A DNA stretch of 63,613 bases, the filler included, from Intoshia linei (Eukaryota > Animalia > Orthonectida), in the NCBI GenBank assembly GCA_001642005.1. It is 5 parts of 5 records of this genome, joined end to end, with 100 filler letters (N's around TTAATTAATTAA, not from the genome) between each part and the next. Parts side by side here need not be neighbours in the genome. Positions count along the whole stretch, not along the records: positions 1 to 30,935 come from LWCA01000347.1; positions 31,036 to 51,678 come from LWCA01000674.1; 3 more parts are not named here. The stretch is one strand, 5' to 3'. The notes under the pieces were generated by a model, which searched no databases, was not told where the DNA came from, and saw only the letters and a list, made by a program, of their open reading frames with translations. Shown here one piece after another: positions 30,248-43,379 of this stretch (position 1 is its first letter; the number at the start of each line of letters is the position of its first letter). The position numbers and the translations under genes are program-made.

Positions 30248-30935
30248 CTAAAATATTGTTTATAGTGCCTTCAGATCTGAGACAAATATACAAAAAGTTA
30301 ATTTATTAATTTTTATGATAATTTTTGATGGATGTCATATCTAGCATATGAAATGATGTTTACTTAGAACAAATCGATTTTTAATTAATGCTAATAAATA
30401 TATGATAGGTTTATGTATTTATCAAATAGATTCATGTTAGTTTTTTATTTTAATTCTATGCTATTTGGTATTTCTATTTTGCGGTTTTTAAGGACTACAG
30501 TGGAACGTAAAATTGAGTTGTTATAACAAGTTCATTCTAGAAAAGTTAACGATTTTAGTTGTCATGTTAAAAATATTACCAAAAACAATATTTATTATCA
30601 TATTCATAGATTATTATTGTCATTGTATGAATAGTATTTAAAAATGTTGTCAAAGTTTTGTCTCAAAACTATATTTATTCTCATATCCATGGATTATCCG
30701 CTGTAGACAAGTTTAAAATTCCTTGTAACATGTCTAATAGACATTGTCTATTTACATTAAAATCACTATAGGATAGCGTTTCTCAACCTTTTTTACTGCG
30801 CGGAACCCTTATGAAATTTTAAAAAATCGCGGCACCTAAAAGCATGATCAAATTTTTTTATATATGCAACATGCGAAAAAAAATTTGATTTTTAATTAAA
30901 AAATTACGCTTCTAATATTGAAAACATAAATTTTT

Positions 30936-31035
30936 NNNNNNNNNNNNNNNNNNNNNNNNNNNNNNNNNNNNNNNNNNNNTTAATTAATTAANNNNNNNNN
31001 NNNNNNNNNNNNNNNNNNNNNNNNNNNNNNNNNNN
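30936..31035. other. Assembly gap with artificial TTAATTAATTAA spacer (also 51679-51778, 60584-60683, 62289-62388)
   Basis: Four identical 100-nt N44-TTAATTAATTAA-N44 blocks; the spacer puts stops in all six frames. Confidence 0.95.
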
Positions 31036-32700
31036 AAATTAAAATTAACTAAAATAAAAAATATTACTTGTAAATTTCAAATGTGATTACGAAAATTATA
31101 AATAGATTCTTTCAGATAATATTTAATAATTATTATTTTTGTAAATAAAAAATAGTGTGCAATAAGCGATAATTTGCAAAATAGAACAAATTTTGGTTCT
31201 TATGACTAGCTACTTTATTTTGAAGAATTTAGACAATTAAATTTTAATTGATAAGAAAATTTTGAATTTTATAAGCTATATATTTATTATATTAATTACA
31301 TTTTTATATTCTCATTGTTAAATTATTGAATTTTAAATGCGTTTATCACATACATAATTAATACATCTTAAATATTTATAAAAAAGTTCACAATAAATGC
31401 TTAAACTAAATTAGAAATTTTTAATAATATTATTTCCAGCGCCCCCCTAAATTTTGAAAACGCCCCTGGGGCGCTACCGCCCACGTTGAGAACCACTACT
31501 CTAATGTAGATGTTCCATTTTCTTTAAAAGATTTATAGGGCCTACAATTTTCATCTGACCCGGGCCTACCGCTGGCTCTGCAGGCCCCTATATACATCAC
31601 CATTACATTTTTAAAAGTATTATAAATTTTTAAGTTTATAATTTTTATATTTTTAATTATAAATTGCAAAAAACATAAATTTTTATGAGCGATTATTGAT
31701 GGTACTTTAGCCTCAGGTGTAGCTAACGCTTAGTTCATATTCATTGCCTATGATTTACGATCGTTACAATCCATTTTTAAAAAATGATCTTATCAAATGC
31801 AAATATGACCATATCAAATGCAAACATGATTTTCATTTTGCAAAAATAACTATATCAATTGAAAAAATCTGTATAAATTTTATATACGATAGATTTTATT
31901 AAAACAAAAAATGTGATATAATTAACGGTCTGAAAATTAAAAAAAGAAGATTATTCTGATAGAGCTTATTCCAGTTGATATAAATACAAAAGCAACCCCA
32001 GAAATCTACGCATTCCCGGTGAAAAATATTTTTTAATATATTATGAACCAATATTTTTCAAATATTTTGATTAAAATAAAAATTGAAAATGTTAATAATC
32101 ATTCTACAATTTCAAAAAAAATGTGCATTCAACGTCTACACATTTCTAATAAAGAAATATGGGTGAAAATCTATAGAATTTTTTTCATTCCGGATCCGGC
32201 CCGCGGGCCGTATGTTGCCCATCCCTGCTTTACAATGTAGTTTTTATGTACAAATTTACAAGTTTAGTAAATAAAATTAAAGAGTCTACATATAGTTATA
32301 TTTGTATCTGATACATTGAAATAAAAGTTGTAATACTATGTAATTTACAACTTGCATATGTGCATAAATTATGTTAATTTATATTTTTCCAAATAAAATA
32401 TCTATATAAATAAATAATTCAAAAATATATTTTATGCCTAAAACCTAAAATAAGGAAAATAATAGTCACGGGTGATTCCTTGCCTATGAAACTTTTTTGC
32501 TTGCCTAAATTCGGTGCGCGGTTGATTTACCTACTCCTGTATTTCCTGTTATCCGTGTTGGGCATATTTAAAATTAACGATGGAATTCAATTCGAGTGAA
32601 AATGAATCGGCTCGAATCTATTAAAAAAACTCATCTATAAAGCGTGTATAACTAATACGTTTCATACTAACTAATAATTTTAACATTTCCTTAGATAAAT

Positions 32701-32842
32701 CCAGACAAAATATGTACTATCAATTTTAATTTATTTGATGTTACATGTAAAGCCAAAACTACTTAGCTATGACGACGAACAAAAATTTTCGGCTTAAAAT
32801 TTATTCCAAATAAATTAAAAGTGATAGTACGTATTTTTCTGG
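32701..32842. repeat. Fold-back MITE
   Basis: ~37-bp inverted repeats CCAGACAAAATATGTACTATCAATTTTAATTTATTTG; related pieces at ~45820-45937 and ~57200. Confidence 0.7.
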
Positions 32843-33274
32843 TCTTTTTATCTTAGTCTAAGACTAAGATAACTGGTTAACCAACGCGGATCAGTGTTAT
32901 AATGTCAGAAAATGAACTAAAATTTACGTAAATAAATGAGAAGAATTTAAAATAAAGTGCGTTTTTTACGCATTATGCAGTGTTGCCAAAAATTTGTATT
33001 TTTAAATCTCTGATAAATTAGAATAAACAGACATAAAATGTTAGCTTAACTACTTTATATAAGTCAGGATAAAAAAAATTAAATTTTATACAACTATTTT
33101 TTATAATCTTTTAGAATAATCGAATAATGTTTTGCTGATAAATTTGAATTTTTCGTTTTAAACCATATAATCAAAATGAATGCTAAATTAAGAAATAATT
33201 ATAGTAAAACAATACATCTTCATGATTTGTTTGCTTGCATTTGCAACGCGGAGTGCACGACCTGGAGATTGTAG

Positions 33275-33575
33275 GTAAAAACGGCACAACTTAAATAATT
33301 AAAATTACATAGCAATGAAAATACAATTATATTGATATGATCAAAAGTAGAACTTGAGATTAAATTTTTTTGTAATATGGTTTGTATAAAAAATTAATTT
33401 TAATATTTCAGTTTTAACTTAGGTCTGTAGTGGATGAATTCTATAAAATCTAATAATAATAATAAGAATGAAACTGATATAAGTCAAATGTTAAGTGAAA
33501 TTGCGTTACATCAGTGTAGTTTCAGTATTTCATTGCTATGTAATTATAATTATTTAAGTTATGCCGTTTTTGTAG
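33275..33575. mobile_element. Long-TIR MITE with GT...AG termini (introner-like)
   Basis: ~48-bp inverted repeats AAAAACGGCACAACTTAAATAATT..TTACATAGCAATGAAA at 33277-33324 and 33525-33571. Internal part resembles ~40860-41000. Confidence 0.7.
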
Positions 33576-34401
33576 ATTACCGACGTGGACGTGAGGTTGA
33601 CTGTGTACAAATATGATCATTGGACTCAGCGGAAATTGAAATTAAAAAAAAAGTTTTGTTATATTCAATTTCCGAGTTAACCTTTTCAAAACCGAATTAA
33701 TTATATACGACTTACGAAGTATATTAAGCTTATACATTTTAAACAAAATGTTTTGAAAATGAAAAAAATTCCGAAGGAATGAACTATATATATTTTCACC
33801 TATATTTTTTTATTGGAAATGTGTAGACGTTCAATGCACATTTTTTTGAAATTGTAGAATGATTATTTACATTTTCAATTTTTATTTTTATCGAAATATT
33901 TGAAAAATATTGGTTCATAATATATTAAAAAATATTTTTCACCGGGAATGCGTAGATTTCTGGGGTTGAAATTTTGTATTTATATTACATTATTGTAGGA
34001 TCAATATTTACATTTTCAATTTTTATTTTACATTGTTAATCGAAATATTTGAAAAATATTGATATATTAAAAATTATTTTTTATCGGGAATGCGTACTTT
34101 ATATTATATTTACTATTAATACGTAATTCTCATAAGATTATATTAAATGGGATGATTGAATGAAATATGCTGAAAATTTTAAATTCGTTTACAATCATGT
34201 AAACTTTCGTATTCACCTGTTGAGGTGACCAGTCACCCCATGAGAAGCAATGCATTAATCCTACTGTTTCTATTCATTCCGATTCAGATAAATGAAAAAT
34301 GTGGTGTTAATTTATATGAGTGAATTAAGGATTAATTTTAATTAAAATTATTAATTAAAACTTGCTGATATTAAAATTTCATGAAAACTATTTTATTAGA
34401 C

Positions 34402-34799
34402 CATGGTTGCCAACTACATTATTTTCCCCCTGAAAATTCGGGTTTTCTAATTGAACTTCGGGCTCAGGGTTAAGTGATATTTCTCAGGGTAATTTAATTA
34501 TTTTAATCAAAATCATTAGATCAGACATAATTTATTTATATTCTATAATTTTTTTCTCTAATAACAAAAATATAATTGTCGAAAATAATTGATTTTGTCT
34601 TTTGTTTTTTTTATTTAAAGTATTCATCATGAAGTCATTTTGAAATTTGCAATAAAAATTGTGTGTAAACTGTTATTATTTTTTGAAAAAGACACCCTAA
34701 AGTAAAAGAAGGCCCACAAAAAATTTTAACTTTTTTCTGCGCTTCAGCCATGCTTCACTCAAAACTCAGGGTTAAGAATAATTAATGTTGGCAACCCTG
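34402..34799. mobile_element. hAT MITE (CAGGGTTGCCAAC-type TIR)
   Basis: TIRs CATGGTTGCCAAC / GTTGGCAACCCTG with perfect 8-bp TSD TATTAGAC. Inverted partial copy at 1-138. Confidence 0.9.
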
Positions 34800-35060
34800 T
34801 ATTAGACCTAAAATTTAGGTCCAGAGTAAACTTTCTCAATGTCGAAGTAAATTTTGATCGGCCGTAGTATCAATGAGAAAACTAGCATTGTGGCTAAATT
34901 GGTGGAAAGGTTGTGCACCCCTGCTTTAGACGTACAATATGTAAATTTATTTTTCAAAATAATTTATCTATAAATTCAATTTAAAGAATAATTTATATTA
35001 AAATTACATGGGATAACCAGGTTACAAAATTTTTTTAGAAAATATACAATACAATAAGAG

Positions 35061-38000
35061 ATGAATCATTTCAAAAATGATATTGAAATGGAAATAAATT
35101 GTTTTTTAGAAAATGCACCATGTAGTAGGTAAATTGCAATAATTTAAAAAATATTTTCAAAATCTATTTGACCCCTTGCTTACCCAAGCTTTGGTCTATG
35201 AATTTTCAAAATTTAAATTAAAATTTATCTTAAATATATTTGCACATACCATAATTTCAATTTTTAGTATTCTTATTTTCCAACCTTTATCACCAGCAAA
35301 TCGATTTTATGTTCACAAAATTATTAGTACGATACAAAACCTAGAATCAAAAAGCATTGGATTTGGTAATGATAGACGTGCCATCGTAATTAAAAGGTTT
35401 AATAATTTAAATTACTGTTATTTTAGTCAGTTTTGTTGTTTCAAATACTTTTAAAATTTATGTATGAGGGAAATTTACAATGAGGGACAAAATAATTTTG
35501 TTAACGGGTTATCGATTTTTTGTGTGACAATACTTACACATATACTGAGTTTATTATAATTTTTAAAGACGCTGAATTTCGTATATATACGAAAATATCT
35601 ACCAATTAATTTAATATAAAATTTATTGCGAGTCACCTGCGATTTTCAGGTAACCAGGTAAATATTTTTGGTTTGATAATTATTAGAAATACAGTGAAAC
35701 CTCTTTATAAACAAACCCCTCTATAAACAAATTATCATGCTTTTAAAAATATATCAATCTTATATAATTTGTTTATTACATTTTTACATGTTAAAGTTTA
35801 CGTTTTTTAGAATTTTTATGACACTTATCACGCTTTTTTGATACTCCAAAAAACAAATTGGTCGTTAAATTTTCAAAATCGTTTGTTTATATAAGGTTTC
35901 ACTGTATTAATATTTTACATACATACAATCTGTGTACTTTTTTTGATGCCTTTCATTTGATCCAGAATAGCTGGTATAGATTATAATCATTTAATTTTAG
36001 ATATTTGTGTCATGATGAACTTGGTAAAAATTACTTGGATCAGGAAAAAATACAAACCAACATATATCAACGTGATTTCGATTCAAACAATTATGGTAAT
36101 GTTTAAAATGTAATATTGACAATCTAGGACATGTTTTTTAGAACAGCAATTCTGAATAGTTTGAGGTATTCGTTTTATCATGATTAGAGAAGCGTATGGA
36201 CTTTGATATCATTGGTCCCCAAAAAATTTATCAAAGTTTTTTAAGGGATTGTTCCATATATCATAAATTAAAAGTATCTGTATCATCCTTGCATATTATT
36301 GATTTTGATATTACATGTATTCATAAATTTTTTTTAAGAAATAACCCATTGTATATCATGTGTGTATACTGGGGCTGTTCGTTTTTTACAAAAATTGATT
36401 TTTGTTGAAAATACCTTATCCCACGTTGAAGAGGGTACTTAAAAACCCCTTAAAAATATATTTTTAGAAAAATTTACCGTAAAAACATTAAGGTGTTTTT
36501 CTTTTTAAGGTTTGTCGCGTGCTTTTTCCCGTTTTCTTAATTGGCGCCAAAAATTATATTTTAAACATGGATACTAGTGTATAAACAACAATGTGGTTTA
36601 CAATTATATATTACCGTTAATAGATAATATATCAGATGCAAAAACTTATGAATCTGTTCGAAAATTTACTCAATATCTGTATCCTGACTATATAAATCCA
36701 GAATATTTTTTGGAGGTAATTTTTGTCATTTTATACGTAATATATTTACAATTTTTTTGTCATCATGAATTGTGTTTCATACCAGTAATCGTTAAAACCT
36801 CGTAAAAGTTAGTACAGAGGTGGGAAAGCATTTACTGTTCGAATGCCGGACTGAAGTCCCCAAAAAATTTAATAATATACAGCAGTGCTTCTCATAGTGT
36901 GACTGGTCACCCTCAAGGGGTGAATAATTTTATTAGGGATGAATACGATTATTTTACATGATTGGGGTGAATCATAAATTTGTAGCATATTTTATTCAAT
37001 TTAATAAACTTTTATGAAAAAAAAACCAAAATTTTACTAAACGTTAGAGAAAAAATACCCTTTTACCAATATGTTTTTAAAGAATCTCTCTAATTATCTT
37101 TATCCCAAAAGAAAAAACCTAATTTTAGCATCCCTTAAGGAAAAAACCGCTTTTACCAATTTTTTTCTGAAAAATCCCAATTTACCAAAAATTAATATTC
37201 TAAAAATAATATAATAAATAAAATAATTCAAATTGTTCAGAAGGCCGCACTTTACCACATCTGGGTTAGTATATTAACTTTAATTTAACTTAATTTATTT
37301 CATTATAAATTAGATTTATAATGAATTTCAACAATTTTCTTTTTACCGAACCAAATTAGATCTGAAAAAATACGAAGACATCACCGTCCAACGTAATATG
37401 TTTATATTAACTAGCTTGGCTGTTATTCACTTTTTACGAACAGTACCTAGCTGCCGAGGGCGAATTTTTTTTAATTACATGTATACCAAAATGTTAAATT
37501 TAAAAAAATCTTGCATAAATATCTCACAATTGAAAAACTAATTTTTCGAAATTATACAATTCTTTTCATTTTTTAAAAAAGGTCATTTGAGGTTTTAATC
37601 GCGAAGGGGCCAATTTCACTTTGAAAGACGGAAAAAAACTGAGTTGAATTTGTTTTCTCATCAAATGTTTACACACATTTTATCAACAATTACTTTATAT
37701 TATAAGGATTTAATTTGATAAATTTACTGATACATTTTAATACGATTTATAAATACCACGTATCATTTTATATAAAATTATCTCGTTATCAAACTTGGTG
37801 ACACGAGTTGGTAGTTTGGGAGAAATAAAACATTTTTATAAAAAAAAGTATAAATTAATAATCTTTTATTAAAATTTAGTTTATAAAATTGTAATAAATT
37901 AATTCCTTGTATTGATAACTACTGTCAGAGGGTTTAAAATAAATTTATGAATTATTTGGTTAGCCGGTTTAACATAACTTATTTATAGATCAATTTATAT

Positions 38001-41000
38001 CAAAAATTTAGACGCTACTTGTACAATTAATCCATATGATCGATTAATCGAGATTTACGATTTTCCGAAAAGTTTTGTGTCGCAAGATATTTTATCACAG
38101 TTTGAAGATTTTAAGTAATTTATTATTCATGTATAAATAATATTTATATTTATTAAATATTAACATAGTTATAATTAATTAATGTTATTTTTCTATTGAC
38201 ATGTGAATTAAATTTTTTTCAGTTTCGTTTTTTTGTTGTACTGTTATTTGTTACATAAATAAATCCATTGTTATATCCTTAGTAAGTATCCTTACTTATT
38301 TAATATGCTGTGCAATATTTGTTTGTGTGTGTTACCGTTTATTTCAATAACTACCAGCTTAGAATTTTATAAAGTCCACATTTCAATTACAGTTTTTTTC
38401 GGGGGTTTTAGCATTATAAATTTCAACCTCCCAAACTCACATCTTACGGGTCAAAAAGCCCAATTTTTTTTTTTAAATCAAACGACTTCGATAGTTTAAA
38501 AAAATATATACTCTGATGCGGATTTTAAAATCATAAATTTAAATTTAAAAAAAATATTATTTCAGGACCAAAACCCACAAATTACCCTTTTTTTTAATAA
38601 AAAAAAAAACTAGAATTTAAAAAAATTTGACTTAAAATGACTGCTTTAAAAAAATATGTAACTTATAATTTTAGATTGTAAATGAAATAAAAATTAACGG
38701 TAAATTCAACAATTTTCTCTAACATTGGAGAAATAGTTGAAATTAACGATGGAAACACAAAAATTAAAGAACTTAATCGATTTGTTTTTAAGGGGACTGA
38801 GAACTAAAACATTGTGACCTATTCTAATGAAAAAATTCAATTATATTATAGTCAATTTAAAATTTTAAATTTATTCTTTTTAAATTATTGGTCCGTTTAA
38901 CTCTGACGCAACAGTACTGAGATGTACTACATTTATTAAATTTATAAAATATTTTAAATTTAGAGAAAAAAATGTTTATGTTCGTTGGGTGGACGACAAC
39001 CACGCCATAGGAATATTTTCAGCTGTTATATATGGTAAATTTTAAATTTGAAAAAAATGAAGTACAAGATTTTTTATTTTACAATGGACAATTCATAATT
39101 ATGAAATCAGTTTTAATGTATTCGTCAGATAATTATAATCATGGTAATATAAAAATTTGTTAGTATTTCTATATTTCCCAACTACTGCATATGAAGTACA
39201 ATTGTATATGCCACGAATAGTGTTAATACAATTATTATTTTTATTGATACAGCGTTTGTCAACCGCAATTTTTTATATATATATATATTGTTGCAAATAT
39301 ATAAGAAGTAACGATTTTCATGTCTGTGAAAGGTTTTGTTAAAATTTAATTTAGTTGTCACCTTTTACATGTCCACAAGAGTGAAAAGGTTGGCATGTCA
39401 ATTTTGGAAAGGCTATGCTAATATATTGAAATTAACAAAATATTAAAATGTTGGGTATTTTTCAATATTAAATACATCTTTACTTCTCTAATTACTATAA
39501 TTGACTATAATTTACATTGACGCCATTCTCTAGAACAGTAATTCCGATTAAAATAGTGTACGGACCCTATTTCAAAATAATTTTTTTTATTGGATCCCAA
39601 AGAAAACATAAATATAAAATATTTATGAAATACAGTATTCTCTCTATAACTCGCCATTCTTGGTATTTAGAAAAATTTAGCGTGATAGAGAATTTAAAAC
39701 TATAAAAACAGTACATCAAACCTTTAAACGAAAGGTTAAATTGTAATAAAATGTAAATTGTGATACAAATTGTAAAATTGAATACAAAATAATTAAAATC
39801 TATCTTATCAAAAAATCTCTTTTTACAACTGAAATTAATTAATTATTTTTATAATTCAATATTTTCTAAAAATTACATTTGAATTAAAAAATGAGTTTAC
39901 TAGATAGTAAATCAGTGAATAGAATAAAATTTTTAACAAAACAATTTTTTGTTAGCGTAATATACATATTCCCCTTTTTAAAATAAATGACTTATCCATC
40001 TGCATTATTAAACTTTCTATTTTACGATTTAGAAGCATTTTAAATTTCAACGTGATTTAAAATTTAAGTACATACAGAAAAATGTAAAATCGTAACTAAT
40101 TTTGAAAACTGGTTTTAAAAATTTATAACGAGTTATAGAATAAAATGTTACTATTTCTATATTACAGTAATAATTATTTGTCGAATTGTGGAGAGAATAC
40201 TGTATTAAAGGTTGTTTCTCATAAAATTTGGTAAAATTGTGTTTTTCAAAAAAATGTTGGAAAAGGGATTTTTCCATTATGGGTTGGTAATATTGGATTT
40301 TTTATTTTGAGTTTTAGATTAGAAAGTTATTGCTCATAAGATTTAGTAAAATCGTTGTTTTCAAAAAAAAATATTGTATAAAAAGGATTTTTTGCTGAGG
40401 GTTTGAAATGGTATTTTTTATTATATTATATTAATGGTGGGATTTTTGAAATATTAATGTAGTGGTCGTTTAGGCTTTAGGATAAAATTATAACATCTGG
40501 CAACTCTGAATAAATATTAAAAATTCTCCTATCAATATGAACAAAAGTTGATAAAATTTTTTTAATTTTTAATTTGAATCTCGCGGACCCCAGGCATATA
40601 GTTTTGAATTTGAAGGGGTACAGGGACTCCAATCGGGAATCAGCACTCTAGAGCGACATAATCATGTTATTGATTTTTTAGAATTAGAACATGTTTTTAA
40701 AAATTTTGTAGAGATTTTAAGTGAATATTTTTTTCTACCAATTTTTAATGGTGTGCATTTATCGTGTCAGTATTTACTATAATAAAATAATATTAATTGA
40801 CATAATTTGTTCTCAAAAAAATATTCTCTGGTGTGAACACCATAGAATATTTCTAATTTTTTTGTAATTTGGTTTTTAAGTATAATATGGTATCTTAATA
40901 TTTCAGTTTTAACTTGGGTCTGTAGTGGATGATATTATATAAAGTATTTCATAAGATTAACCTCACAAGATAATAATAAAGACAAGAGAGAGATATAAAA

Positions 41001-42671
41001 TAATTTATTCTAATAAAACATTTATAAAATAAATTTTCAAAAACTGGATTTTTAATTTTTATACTGACACCCCAAAAGCATCAAACTTACAATTCAATTT
41101 TTTTACTGACAAAATATTATTTTATAAAATGTGTTTATTTCTATATACTTTTTTGTTGAGTTACTTACAATTTTCGATGAATACTGATTTAGTTAATATA
41201 TTTACTGACAAGAAAGCTGAAAGCAAGAAAGACAATTAAAAACTGACAAAATACTCTTTATTACTGATATTTTAGTGTGTATACTGACAAATTAATTAAT
41301 CCCCATTTTTAATGATTTATTAGCAAAAGCGATGATTATATCGCTCTGAAATACATCGATCAGCTGAATATTCGTCAAACCATTACGCATGCGAATCATT
41401 AGTCTAGAATTTTTTATATTTACACTTATTATAAATTTGGATTGATACATGTTAAGATTTGACTTTGGTAAAAATATATTGAGTAAGACTTTGGTGGGTC
41501 AGCATTTATAATGTTTTTATTCATTAGTTTCATTTATTAACATTTGAACTAAGATTAGTTTAAATGTTTTAACATATGGTCGATATTTTTGAACATGATT
41601 CGTTTTAACTTTTAAGAATGTCTAAGTAGGTTAAATTTTTTTAAAGGAAACGTATTCCGTATCACATTTTTTTACGAATCACACCGTTAATGTTTTATTT
41701 TCATAGCAAAAAAAGCTGTACAAATTGAATACGACAAAATGAAGGTACGAATGCTGTCAAAAGGAACATATGAATCACAAAAACGAGCTAGTGATTTAAG
41801 TTTAGGTTAAATATTTATAAATCAGGAAGGAAACTCATACATTTAAAACATTTTTATTTTTAAATTATTTTAAAAGTATGGACTTATTTTTTCCAAATTG
41901 AGCATTCAAAAATTATATTCTTGAATATCATAACTATTTTGGGTATTAAATATAAACTTCAGAGCCTTGGCTAGGGGCTATATGACACTACTCATCTTTT
42001 GCGTAAAAGATTTTTAGTGTCTATTTTGAATTTTCGAGAGCATCAAGCTTGATAGGTTCTGCTCTGATGTTGCAAATCGATAATTTACACTACACATTAA
42101 TTAATTAAACTAAAAACATAAAAACTACTTAGGTAATATTGATTGGGAAGATATGAAACTGCGATGTCACAGATCTTTTATAATTTAGAAATGATCCAAA
42201 TAATATTTATTTATTATAATAAAATTAAGTTATTGGAACTCATCATATAAATTGATACAGTTAGTTAGACCTCTTTATGTAGACTGGCAGATTTCGACCA
42301 TATAATAAAATAAAAAAAATCAGAGTTAAATTTCTTATCATGACCTTTTTTATGTTAAACTTTTTACTTCGTCGGTCATGGGGAATGATGTTTCTTGTAC
42401 ATCAGTAAAAAATTGGGATTGAATTATTTATAATAAAAATTTAGAGGCAGCACTGGTACCGATTTGGTACTCCTCCCTTTATTGAATTAATATTTATTAC
42501 ATTTAAATTATCTTATCATTAGTGAAATCCTTGCCAAATAAAGAACGTCCAAAAACAAATACTCTTCTTATTAGATCAATTATTGGGCAAAAAATTGGAA
42601 ATAAAAATTTTCGTAAGACCAAAGGCTACCAAAAAGACCTCGAAGACTACAATAATTATAGAAAAAATTGA
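35061..42671 (+). CDS. R3HCC1: R3H and coiled-coil domain-containing protein (R3HCC1/R3HCC1L-like), R3H + RRM
   Basis: Exons 35061-35128, 35268-35396 (ILIFQPLSPANRFYVHKII..LESKSIGFGNDRRAIV, R3H domain), 36001-36095, middle exons ~36188-37392 (less certain), 38012-38114 (LIEIYDFPKSFVSQDILSQF), 38964-39034 (VRWVDDNHAIGIFS), 41707-41805 and 42523-42671 (KERPKT...stop). IEIYDFP / WVDD.HA.G.FS / KERP.T are the R3HCC1-family RRM and C-terminal motifs. Confidence 0.85.
35692..35904. mobile_element. pogo/Tigger-type MITE
   Basis: TA|CAGTGAAACCTCTTTATAAACAAAC ... GTTTGTTTATATAAGGTTTCACTG|TA. Confidence 0.85.
39536..40645. mobile_element. hAT-like non-autonomous element with nested pogo-type MITE (39633-40202)
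   Basis: CTCTAGAN flanks. Homologous to 9969-10440, which lacks the nested insert (empty site), and to ~4590-4893. The nested element has TIRs CAGTATTCTCTC / GAGAGAATACTG with a TA duplication. Confidence 0.85.
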
Positions 42672-43379
42672 TTTCCATGTAAATATAAACATTTATACTA
42701 ATTTAACTTATTCTTACCATCCATATCTTTACTTATAAAGTAATTATATAATGTGATGTTTGATTGTTACCATTAATTTAAGAAGATAAGAAACGTAGAT
42801 TTTGAAAAATAAATTCTCATACAGTTTTCTAGAGCGAATTTTATAGTACATTTCATTTTCAGAAATTGAGTCCTTCAGGGTCAAAAACCAGAATCATTAC
42901 TTTTTTATAAGTCATAAAATTTAAAAAAATACTGTTTAAATCTATATATTTTGATATGTATTTTGAAATTATGGACATTATCATAAATTTTAACCTGAAA
43001 AACGTATATCTTCGCAGCCAAAACCCAAACTAATTATTATAAAAAATGGAAAAAAAACAAAGTTGTACAATTTTAAAAAAGATGACATTTAATAATAATA
43101 AAACTTTTCCATTTAAATACATAAAAAATATTGATAAAGAATAGGCAATATCTGCTTTAAATGTACTATATTCACCTAAAATGAGAATTGATAGATTTGG
43201 TTTGTTTCCGGGAAATAATCACTACTTTTTTCATTTTTAAAAAAATTAACAATATGATTATGTTTGTTTCAAAAGGTCAGATTGAACCAACCATGGTCCG
43301 CAAATTCACCTTTTGCATAGATGAAAACTTTTAAATAAACATTTAATAATTACATGAATAAATGAAAATAAAGCATGCA

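Noticed and set aside
30980-30991. Recurrent TTAATTAATTAA palindrome
   Set aside because: Always centred in 100-nt N blocks; an assembly spacer, not biology.
38274-38295. ATATCCTT / GTATCCTT U12-type donor-like motifs in an R3HCC1 intron
   Set aside because: They coincide with the Helitron 5' end (A|TCCTTAC), and the flanking exons join by normal GT-AG.
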